Made by a program: the position numbers and the translations under genes
The notes under the pieces: generated by a model
The model's input: only the letters and a program-made list of their open reading frames with translations
What the model was told of the DNA's origin: nothing
Databases searched by the model: none
NCBI GenBank assembly: GCA_038234405.1
Contig: JBBQTZ010000001.1
Location: forward strand, 1 to 61,438
Length of the DNA: 61,438 nt
Direction of reading: 5' to 3'
Source of the DNA: Chitinophagales bacterium
GTDB lineage: Bacteria; Bacteroidota; Bacteroidia; Chitinophagales; Chitinophagaceae
Shown here: positions 50,701 through 57,995 of the stretch, in pieces
Position numbering within the stretch: position 1 is the first letter of the stretch
Layout of the letters: each line of letters opens with the position of its first letter

Positions 50701-51286
50701 TCCATTAGAGCCTTCTTCTGCACCTCAGTTGCCCCCAACTGTAATACCAGAAAGGCAAGGAGTTACAAGTGAGAGTGATACACCACCAACCGCACCCGTT
50801 GCCTTACTTGTGCAAGTTCCGGCAGCACCAACTGCTGCAAGCTTACCAGTAGTTCCATTAGAAACAATTCCATCAACATGGCAAAGAACACAACTGCCAT
50901 CTTCTGGTGGAAATGATGTAATACTTTATCGTGGCTTTGCCAGAAATGCTCAGGAGCACATGGCAACTGTAGTAAGAGAGGGGGAGATTGGAGGTATTTT
51001 AACAAGGGCAATGGATACAGCCCAGGATGCAGTTTATAACCAGGTAGGTAGAGACCCGGTATTGAGTGGCGACAGGGCGGCAGGTGTAGTTAGCATCACC
51101 ATACCTGCTGTTTTCTGGGATGCATTGGTTACATCTAACAGCATATCGGAAAGAGGTAATTATCCGGGCTTTTCCAGAAATTTAAATTCAACCGAAATAA
51201 GGGTAAACTCGGTAGAGGCGGGCATTTTAATTAATTCACTTGTAAAAGTACTTTTACCGCCTGATAGCAGTTTTGATTTTAGATAA
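44795..51286 (+). CDS. DUF4157 (eCIS core domain) multidomain effector, ~2160 aa
   Basis: Likely ATG at 44795; FFQPKL.IN.PGD.YEQQADAVAEKVM; FMEERF..DFSKVKIH..AYAYT..HIVF..LLAHELTHVVQQ; long C-terminal extension with toxin-like motifs. Confidence 0.88.
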   Translation: MELTKSHTVAPAHTSAPKDVNNFFSFNRNTSTPLPFFQPKLSINVPGDVYEQQADAVAEKVMASSTVQPLSITGITNSSVQKDDNGPRDEPQDPLTDGIATLGENLMENNPLFPPFLDRIKLKLWDQQPAELRYGIIGFGIADAVMAGTAFALDPNFRGSSIRALDGVNLMTPIRLIPHADLFTPSSFTYRLPAAGHPGYEFNGEFDLSPYFNLLHGHNPSFPQISPRFGLNLAYNPATGSMQVVGGTFNLDLFNKAILLSGGVNQFFNADPQTFMPQNPMDTPVTSMLSLPSERVRDTRFSITIDVPRLINFISGEPTRVDRKQITNTTENEVQRKEADEKNPIDLQAKFNNILPVINRKESTNTAGAVASQSVEQVLAAPGMAMEEEHRNFMEERFQYDFSKVKIHDDSTAHQSASDINAYAYTNQHHIVFGEGQYRPATDAGKKLLAHELTHVVQQGAAGNEIQRSVIMGSPLENMPGIEPFESNSTNMAGLLEDNRSIIATNNFTGIQHLMVFTQSGLSVFGLSNTRVLHHYARREGSPMLPAGFYNIEGSGHKHYIVHIAPGTYTSPINLLAPEPARFSAETRALREGIIGELLDDYLMVRESELIHEGYFPAMLVVTILPATGTGTSEAPQVAHWANTQSRALIQRLGIGTAPVTVAAAETGSGSAHTPDSTIAHSPDRLIVWARTDGNQYLNVWVGGAVVSLLLRESETIDQLQQRVSTVANQLHDARDPSQSTEVNNGAQQTGFTDPVPASRPQTELPGSGIATDPEQQRLAITNATHHANWPPYPARINNYGTNTSVTGGNNRMSMEIDYSIAGSDMLSQVAARMQHISYYWEIFDVTNVVIESERDQQTHGAAGTGEYIGAGSGEGNALSRSMSNIYEDQAADLHSMDESNVVTNAALWQVRSAQLALMAVSSIVRSIGSLVSSYVSIITAPLNERNIGWDNEGEFIVRCVATPAYDDDSPNIRASSVGVQPVKVMNINTRAAQEVDRPANELALMRQRLAIAAPGHDRDELMESIARAERIAAQTTLQNVAEQLNAVQQQLREAEEIITISQTGAAPATMSIGARLLRVQLALNGVNPQEFKEHLQTQVARMINMQNFGTENSRGMRPPIYRPAVVLASEENGQVFNMVTMLAEKNNSTVAHKRYRLVDLTSPNTQDYYEGESTQQGVAGHSEAITNAFIHFRENNGYGRGTIAIRPPANIPAGVTMPSALRSAPGARGRWIQRLQDLATAAEVAGLVLSGPAGMVVGLIGGVAGAAVAVDSLMRRQHGGRFSWNFQTVMEITGVVGGVIPFIGLSRRFERTVYYIGIAQLGQSALAIPIQLEEQLHAIEMDMSLPEGERRARRAEAFLQGVRSGVVLVVSAQQMAEHGVPAEPVEPTATDQPQTHEQPVVTAESPTHPLEGTVPEIDPAVVNHPDLHRPADGTETPPTEHAGERRPQADPEEATPPTDEPERERAGGTRVLPGSEPIRLGAADRLRIRINEILSTATLSEHASQRERERVRTHQIRRLIEAHPDLAIIATATLMDIGSFNRIREMVRDSYFGEVPEANQMAQNILQEVRTQVADNAMRNAVEYAHGLYPQLTPHLLDMGTPGFASDRDVTLQFRGGGEAAVQQRIDASLQAVRRAYDNLRSEGIEPDAVLDTNFYTELHEASIRTQNPTETAQIGFDQSVVSLSELRMGMNAQQWAAYRDAQRASLTGTAAPNSSQGRMESEARVRLEAEFTAAENLAARIRPEGQTSASRETLLLAKREALGEALRRNAPAREIRQLMAEIKLLEPEAYGTRAAVESVPGRQQAWARGTAETYMTGRQLPAGRVERMTFLAQDASANAGLLFGHSQSSGNQPSAARSSAKYLQRVAHAVVVDGRLPAGSAREFMANLQQIIASKSINPASEANAATLRELRASLTAVGHSPDSVVAMTDAAVTDAWVAQAREIGLNMVVQVRTAEQMMHVQEGGPNPLEPSSAPQLPPTVIPERQGVTSESDTPPTAPVALLVQVPAAPTAASLPVVPLETIPSTWQRTQLPSSGGNDVILYRGFARNAQEHMATVVREGEIGGILTRAMDTAQDAVYNQVGRDPVLSGDRAAGVVSITIPAVFWDALVTSNSISERGNYPGFSRNLNSTEIRVNSVEAGILINSLVKVLLPPDSSFDFR

Positions 51287-51371
51287 AGTGAATAGAGTCA
51301 ACGCAAATAGCTATCATTCCTTTCTTGACAGTATAAATTTAATAAAAGCTACAGCCTAAAATTATTTAAAC

Positions 51372-52292
51372 ATGAGCAGGTATTCAACCAAAGATAAAGA
51401 TCATCAAAAAGTAACAGTAGCAGGCAAGTCGCAAACTGCCTTCTTTCAAGGCCAGGGCCACAATGATGTAGCTCATTCCGTAGCAACGGCAACAACCCCG
51501 GTAGAAGATGTACCCTTGCTTACACAAGCACAAATAACAAGTGCACAAGCATTTATGCGGAATACATATTCACGGGAAAGTGTAGAGTTGTTAAGAAGTA
51601 GGTTTGGGCTTACCGAAGGCCATTTAATAGACAGAGACCTTGTAATGGCAGTAGCTCAATATCAGGATACCAACAATTTGAATGTAGATGGAAAATTGGG
51701 CGAAACAACTTTTAATACTATACAGGCGGAGGGTGGTGAAGTGATGCAGGATGTAATTATGTTTAGAGTAATGAGCCCGCTCAATGGCAGGATGGTGGTA
51801 AATGGCGGACCGGGATTAACTAATTTTTCCGGACAGTTTACCATCGAAATTCACTTACCCCCGGGAGAAGATTGCAGTAAATATGAATACAGGCAGTTTA
51901 TTTGTGCAAGGGCAGAGATGCTGCCTGCGGGAGCAAATGTAGCCGGACCAATGACAAATTTAAGGAGCCTGTTTACAGTGCCCGGTGGGTTGCAGGCTAT
52001 ACCCAACTTTACACAAGATGGTAATACAAGTCTTTCTCCACAACGCATGGGGCATAGGAGTGGCCCCGGTAGCACTAGTCCGCTTAATCATTATGTAAAT
52101 GCTAATGGTAGCGAAAACCAGCACAATGGTTGCATTTTTAAAGGAGAAGATTTTCCTGCCATTACAGGCCGCATTACCAATGCCGGTGAACAGTATGAAT
52201 TTGATTTCAGGTTTATGGGTCAAATCATCCATCAGGATAGAGGCATCATTGCAACAAAATTCTGGAGTGTACAGGAAGATTTTTTAATTTGA
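51372..52292 (+). CDS. Peptidoglycan-binding-domain protein with uncharacterised C-terminal domain; probable second eCIS cargo
   Basis: AVAQYQDTNNLNVDGKLGETT (PG_binding_1-like); N-terminal TAFFQ leader; C-domain CSKYEYRQ..GHR..GC.FKGEDFP. Confidence 0.7.
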   Translation: MSRYSTKDKDHQKVTVAGKSQTAFFQGQGHNDVAHSVATATTPVEDVPLLTQAQITSAQAFMRNTYSRESVELLRSRFGLTEGHLIDRDLVMAVAQYQDTNNLNVDGKLGETTFNTIQAEGGEVMQDVIMFRVMSPLNGRMVVNGGPGLTNFSGQFTIEIHLPPGEDCSKYEYRQFICARAEMLPAGANVAGPMTNLRSLFTVPGGLQAIPNFTQDGNTSLSPQRMGHRSGPGSTSPLNHYVNANGSENQHNGCIFKGEDFPAITGRITNAGEQYEFDFRFMGQIIHQDRGIIATKFWSVQEDFLI

Positions 52293-52402
52293 TTTATTCC
52301 AACCGGATTTTGTGGTTGAAACGGTAATGAATTTTCCAAATAAATATTTCGGCTTCAATAAAACTGAAAATAAAATAAATATTTTAAAGTATCTTAACAA
52401 TC

Positions 52403-53713
52403 ATGATTCAACTGCAGCAAACAATTAACGATTATAGCACTTATCTTACTAATCGGCTGTTATTGCATTTTTCCCATCAGCCTTCATTATTGCCAGCCGC
52501 TGAGCTTCCACAAATTGATGCATCTTATTTTCCTGACAAGCATTTAAATCATTACGAAACTATCATTCTTTTAACTGCCTTGGCTACTCATATTCAACCA
52601 GTAATATTTGATAATGCCATTGAGCAATACCTGCCAAAAGGTGGCGATTTTGCTGCGTTTGGAGGCATAAAGGGTAGCAACACAAGGTATATGCTGCCTA
52701 CAGGCGATACGGTATTATTTTTATTGGCTGGCAACGATTTTAATAAACGAAAACAAGTACTTGGCTATTTTAGTTCATCTCATTGGTTTAATACAGAAAA
52801 TGTACTGAGTATAGAAGTTGTAAAAGAAGGCGAACCGGGCATGAGTGGTAAATTAATTTTGCAACAGGAAATATTGGAATTGTTTACAACAGGCATGGTT
52901 TCTAAACCTTCATTTGGTCCTAATTTTCCGGCTAAGCTTGTTACTACCAAAATGGAATGGACAGATCTGGTACTGCCGCAAAAGACAGTACATCAAGTTA
53001 CCGATATTAAAACCTGGCTCCATCACAATACTACTTTTTTTAATGATTGGGGAATGCACAAAAGAATTAAGCCAGGCTACAGAGCATTGTTTTACGGGCC
53101 ACCCGGTACCGGTAAAACTTTGGCGGCCTCTTTGTTGGGTAAACAGTTTGGGCAAGATGTTTACAGGATTGATTTATCGCAGGTGGTTTCCAAATACATT
53201 GGAGAAACAGAAAAAAACCTGGAAAAGATTTTTAATAAAGCAGCCAACAAAAGCTGGATTTTGTTTTTTGATGAAGCCGATGCGCTGTTTGGTAAACGGA
53301 GCAACGTACAAAATGCGCATGACAAATACGCTAATCAGGAAGTAAGTTACCTGCTGCAAAGAGTAGAAGATTTTCCTGGATTAATAATATTAGCTTCTAA
53401 TTTTAAAAGCAATATTGATCAGGCTTTTATCCGAAGGTTTAATGCAATCATTCATTTTCCTATGCCGGGAGTAACAGAAAGATTAGCTATTTGGAAAGCT
53501 GCTATTCCCCCAAAAGCCGCATTGGCAGATGATGTTAACTTGTTAGCCATAGCTGGCCGGTATGAGTTAAGCGGCTCCTCAATTGTAAGTGTAATTCACT
53601 ACGCATCTTTACAAACCATCTATAACAACAGCACAACTATTTTAAAACAATCTATTATTGAAGGTATTAAAAGAGAGTTTGAAAAAGAAGAACGAGTATT
53701 TACCTGTGAATGA
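52403..53713 (+). CDS. AAA+ ATPase (Afp15/Pvc15-like)
   Basis: Walker A GPPGTGKT, IDLSQVVSKYIGETEKNL, Walker B LFFDEAD, YANQEVSYLLQR. Confidence 0.93.
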   Translation: MIQLQQTINDYSTYLTNRLLLHFSHQPSLLPAAELPQIDASYFPDKHLNHYETIILLTALATHIQPVIFDNAIEQYLPKGGDFAAFGGIKGSNTRYMLPTGDTVLFLLAGNDFNKRKQVLGYFSSSHWFNTENVLSIEVVKEGEPGMSGKLILQQEILELFTTGMVSKPSFGPNFPAKLVTTKMEWTDLVLPQKTVHQVTDIKTWLHHNTTFFNDWGMHKRIKPGYRALFYGPPGTGKTLAASLLGKQFGQDVYRIDLSQVVSKYIGETEKNLEKIFNKAANKSWILFFDEADALFGKRSNVQNAHDKYANQEVSYLLQRVEDFPGLIILASNFKSNIDQAFIRRFNAIIHFPMPGVTERLAIWKAAIPPKAALADDVNLLAIAGRYELSGSSIVSVIHYASLQTIYNNSTTILKQSIIEGIKREFEKEERVFTCE

Positions 53714-53944
53714 TTTTGTGAACTGGCAGCCATTTGCAATAAAAGCAAAAATTAGTAAACATCGATCAATGTGGTTTACCTAACAAATTAATCGCCTTTT
53801 ATAAAGAATTATTCAATTAGGTATGATGTGCCTTTCGTTATATTTTTTCAGCCTTGTTTTTTATTATCAGGATAAAAAGAAAATAGATTCTACAAACATA
53901 AGTGACACTTTTATTCAAATTGCTTAAGTAAATAACATGTAAAC

Positions 53945-56900
53945 ATGAATGTAAAACCTGCATTGCTTTCCAGGAGAAGACTCACTTTTTCTTTGTTAAT
54001 TGTTTTACTGATAGCCATATTTTTTTCTGGTTATTATTTTTATTACATCCCAAAAAATAAAAATATACAGCACAACAATGGCTTTTTAATACTTAATATA
54101 ATTGAACAAAATATTATTGAAAGAAATGAGTACCTGCAAAATGCTTTTATAAATATTTTGCGAAAGCCTTCAGAACGTGATTCACCTAAAACAGTAGCTC
54201 AGTTACAAGCACAATTAGATAAATACCAAATAGGCGCAAAGCTGTTTTATAAAAAAGATATTGAAAAAAATTACAATAATGAAGTCAGTAATTCGAAGGT
54301 AGTTGCTGCAAATAACGAACTAAGAGATAGCAGTGTTTACTTATCGGCTATTTATGGCGATAGTCTTTTTTATAGGGCTACAGATATCCAAAACCAGCAA
54401 TATACCATTTATGTACCTTCAAAAAATTTTATTCAATCGTTGCTTATCTACCAACGAGACGAACTTTTTAATAATTATTTAATAATTGGCGCCTCCGCAG
54501 GTCTTTTATATGCCGATGTTGATTTGCCTATCAATACCAGTATGCCTGTAGATAGCCTGATAGCCAAAAATAGTAAAGCACTGTTTGCGGGAATAAAAGA
54601 CATCAACATCAGCGGAACTGATTTTAAAATGTTTTACTATCCTTTTAAGTTAGGCACTTCACAATTACAATTGTGTGGATTTGTAAAATCAGGCGAGTAT
54701 TACACAAAACTGCAGAAGGTGCCGGTAAAGTTTGTTTTTGCAATAGTAATTGCATTACTGCTAATTTTAATGTTGTTGCCCATTGTAAAATTTTATTTAA
54801 TGGGTAAAGATGAACACATTAGCTATCCGGATTTTGTGTTGGGAATAGTTTCTTTTTTTGTGGGGTCTGCCATGCTTACACTCATTACAATACAAGTGTT
54901 GTTGTTGTTTGGCGCAGATATTCGAACAGGAGAAAATCTTCGCAAGTTATCTGCACAAATAGATGATGGCTTTGAGCAAGAACTAACCAGGGCCTTTGTA
55001 CAATTAAAGCTTTTTGATAGTATTATTGTAAACCAAAAAGATTCAATACCAATAAAAAAATTTTTAAAGCAAGAAAATTACAATGTATCAAAACTATTAT
55101 TCAACTACTTTAAAAACGTACCAAAAGATAGTAGCTTGTACTACAACTATAATAGGTTAGCGTGGGTTGATAAACAAGGTGATCAGCATTTAAAAGCACA
55201 GTTGGATACTTCTGAACCAGTGTATGCCAACGTATCTGCAAGAAATTATTTTAAGGATTTAAAAAATGGCAAAGGGTTTACTTTGCCTTGCGATACTAAT
55301 AATGAAAGGTTTAGTTTTGAGCCTATCAATAGCTGGACAAACGGTGGCTTCAACATAATCATAGCTATTAATAGCAAACTCGGTGATGGTTCAATTTTGT
55401 CTTTATCTGTGCCAATGCCATCTGTAATGCAAACAATTTTGCCACCGGGCTTTAGCTTTTGTATTATTGATAACGATGGAAAAGTGCTTTTACACAATGA
55501 TATGTACCGAAACTTACAGGAAAATTTTGTTGCAAAAACTGCATTTTCAAGGCAAATAATGGAGGCTGTAAAAAGCCGGCAAGACAATTATTTTGACGAC
55601 ATTAACTTGTATGGAAAAAACAATGCACTATACATAAAGCCAATTGCAGCTCTACCTTTAAATCTAATAACTTTTTATGATAATGGCTACATTTTACCTG
55701 TCAATATGCGAATATTTTCCTTTTCGCTTTTATTTTGTTTTATCTCCTTTGTAAGTTGTTTGCTAATATGGCTGGGAGTTTTTCGTAGAAGATATGCCCG
55801 CAATACTTTTTTATACGATCCATTATTCTATTTAAATTGGGTAATACCTAAAGAAAAAAGTATAAAGTTTTATAAATTATGTGCTGTTTTTTTAATCGCT
55901 TATTTATTTATACAAGCAATTATGATATCCGTATTTAAGCTCTATGATATCTATAACTATGCAATATTTTTATTGGTGCTTTTATTACCGGTAAATATCT
56001 TTTCAGGCTTATTTGTAATAAACTATCGAGTAAAAAAAGAGTATGATGAGGCTGAGATAAATGTAAAAAAGGCAAAGCCATTAAAAGCTATATCGGCCCT
56101 CATTTTTCAGCCGGTAGCAGTAATGTTTGCCTATTGTTACTCTAGCTTAGCAGGCTATCCTTTACAAGAAGCATTTTTATATTTTGAGCTTTGCTTCTTT
56201 ATTTTTTTATGCCTGCTGTTTATATTGCCAATGAAGGTTTTTCATGCTTCATCCAATTTACCCGGATCTTATATTGACTTGTATTGCGTATCTTCTACCT
56301 TATTTATTTTATGTCTTTCAGCTTTTCCGGCAAGTATTTTTTCGTGGTATGCATACAACCAGGAAATTACCCAATCTGTAAAAAAAGAGCAACTTTACCT
56401 TGCCAACTCATTACAAAACCGGGCTCCCTATTACCAGGCATTTTCTAAAGAACGAGACTCATTAAGTATGCCTGCAAATTATTATGACCAATGGCAGTAT
56501 CATGCAGGTATTTATTCAATTTATAAAGATGTAATAAAGCCAAATGCCTTACCAGATAAGGCAATTAACTCTACCAACCGGTATGAGAAATTTTACTTTT
56601 TTATTGCCAATAATTTAGGAAATAGTTATTACGATCCCATGCTGATACCAGCATTAAAAGATACAGCTACCGGCAATGCGTGGCATTGGTTAGCTCAAAA
56701 AGATACGCTATCTTTTTGGTACGGATTATATAGTGGAAACACGAATCAAACAACTGCTAAAGTAATATCCAATAATTCTTTAAAAATTACCTCGGTATTA
56801 CCAGACAAAAACATTTTTGTAAGTTTTAGTATTAGAGGAGCTTTTTTATTGCTGTTAATAGCTGCCTATGTTTTTGGCTTGTATAAGCTGCTTCGATTTA

Positions 56901-57583
56901 TATGCAGTCAACTTTTTTTACGAAAGTTTGTGGATTATTGGCGGCAGGCAAATCAAGTTTCAATGAATGGTTTGCAAACCCAGTTTCAACAGTATAAAGC
57001 AGATAAACAATCAAGAGGCATCAGTACCTCCCTTTTGCAAACAACTATATTAAGTTTATATGAGGATGAGTATCCACTTTTTATACCAACCACAGATAGT
57101 GATACAATTTACTTACAGGAAAAAAACATGATTGACGCACTGCATAAATACAGGAATTTTTATAATTACATCTGGGAAAATTGCTCAGCAAAAGAAAAGT
57201 ATCTTTTAATGGATTATGCAAAAAACGGGTTTGTTAACTTTAAAAATACAGAGGTAATTCATAACCTGTTTCAAAAAGGAGTTTTTACTGTAAGAGATGA
57301 CGAAACAAAATTGTTTAGTGCCAGTTTTAGGTCCTATATTTTAATGCAGGAGCATAGCCAGGAAATGCTGAATATAAAAAATGTTTTTAAGCAGGATGCT
57401 GTTTGGCAAAGCCTTCGCATACCATTACTTATTGTATTATTTGGCTTTGCATTTTTTGTATTTTTTACACAAGAACAGACTTTTCAAAAAATTGCCGCAT
57501 TGGTTGCGGGAGTAAGCTCACTATTCTCAATATTAATTAAGTTTTTTAGTGATGGAACTAATTTGTTTGGAAGTAAAAAGTAA
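53945..57583 (+). CDS. Large polytopic membrane protein with two Cache-like extracytoplasmic domains
   Basis: Many hydrophobic segments; NVSARNYF and FCIIDNDGKVLLH Cache-like motifs; no kinase, cyclase or MCP output domain visible. Confidence 0.65.
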   Translation: MNVKPALLSRRRLTFSLLIVLLIAIFFSGYYFYYIPKNKNIQHNNGFLILNIIEQNIIERNEYLQNAFINILRKPSERDSPKTVAQLQAQLDKYQIGAKLFYKKDIEKNYNNEVSNSKVVAANNELRDSSVYLSAIYGDSLFYRATDIQNQQYTIYVPSKNFIQSLLIYQRDELFNNYLIIGASAGLLYADVDLPINTSMPVDSLIAKNSKALFAGIKDINISGTDFKMFYYPFKLGTSQLQLCGFVKSGEYYTKLQKVPVKFVFAIVIALLLILMLLPIVKFYLMGKDEHISYPDFVLGIVSFFVGSAMLTLITIQVLLLFGADIRTGENLRKLSAQIDDGFEQELTRAFVQLKLFDSIIVNQKDSIPIKKFLKQENYNVSKLLFNYFKNVPKDSSLYYNYNRLAWVDKQGDQHLKAQLDTSEPVYANVSARNYFKDLKNGKGFTLPCDTNNERFSFEPINSWTNGGFNIIIAINSKLGDGSILSLSVPMPSVMQTILPPGFSFCIIDNDGKVLLHNDMYRNLQENFVAKTAFSRQIMEAVKSRQDNYFDDINLYGKNNALYIKPIAALPLNLITFYDNGYILPVNMRIFSFSLLFCFISFVSCLLIWLGVFRRRYARNTFLYDPLFYLNWVIPKEKSIKFYKLCAVFLIAYLFIQAIMISVFKLYDIYNYAIFLLVLLLPVNIFSGLFVINYRVKKEYDEAEINVKKAKPLKAISALIFQPVAVMFAYCYSSLAGYPLQEAFLYFELCFFIFLCLLFILPMKVFHASSNLPGSYIDLYCVSSTLFILCLSAFPASIFSWYAYNQEITQSVKKEQLYLANSLQNRAPYYQAFSKERDSLSMPANYYDQWQYHAGIYSIYKDVIKPNALPDKAINSTNRYEKFYFFIANNLGNSYYDPMLIPALKDTATGNAWHWLAQKDTLSFWYGLYSGNTNQTTAKVISNNSLKITSVLPDKNIFVSFSIRGAFLLLLIAAYVFGLYKLLRFICSQLFLRKFVDYWRQANQVSMNGLQTQFQQYKADKQSRGISTSLLQTTILSLYEDEYPLFIPTTDSDTIYLQEKNMIDALHKYRNFYNYIWENCSAKEKYLLMDYAKNGFVNFKNTEVIHNLFQKGVFTVRDDETKLFSASFRSYILMQEHSQEMLNIKNVFKQDAVWQSLRIPLLIVLFGFAFFVFFTQEQTFQKIAALVAGVSSLFSILIKFFSDGTNLFGSKK

Positions 57584-57758
57584 TGAGTTAGATACATTTC
57601 AATGTTTTTATGAGATGATACAGAATCAGGTTATAGAGTTGTTAGGTTAATACGATCATTTCAAAAAAACTAATTACTTGTTTTTAAACGACTATCCGTA
57701 AAGAGGTGCAAACAAAAGATTAACTCCATACTAAAGATTTTCCGCTCCAATCTTCGGG

Positions 57759-57792
57759 TTCCTTCTCCTTTTGAGAAGGGTTGGGATGAGGC
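57759..57792 (+). repeat. REP-like palindromic element (CCTTCTC..GAGAAGG-GTTGGGATGAGG type)
   Basis: GC-rich hairpin CCTTCTC (57761-57767) / GAGAAGG (57773-57779) plus a GGGATGAGG tail; resembles an intergenic repeat I recall from Bacteroidota genomes; single copy in this window. Confidence 0.5.
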
Positions 57793-57995
57793 CACGTGAC
57801 ACAATTTTTAATAAAAGTTATCTATTTTGCAAAGTTGCACTCAATTGCGGATAGTCATTTGATTTTAATTATATGGCTTAAACACAGATAAATCTGTAAA
57901 ATAAAATCAATTTTTACCACCTGTAATATATTTAAGATTAACTATTAATATTCAACTGGTTTTCCGATTTTTGCATCAAACAAAAAAAATCATTG

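Larger units (their letters stand above)
24932..53713 (+). other. Extracellular contractile injection system (Afp/PVC/AlgoCIS/BIS-like) gene cluster with cargo cassette
   Basis: Co-oriented cap, sheath, two tubes, plug, initiator, VgrG, PAAR, gp25, baseplates, fibre-like, tape-measure and AAA genes, many with overlapping stop/start codons (28744, 32056, 43017); no capsid, terminase or T6SS membrane-complex genes. Confidence 0.93.

Noticed and set aside
45589-51011. Antisense or overlapping small ORFs inside the toxin gene as hidden immunity genes
   Set aside because: Higher GC yields more spurious ORFs; none has a recognisable motif or initiation context
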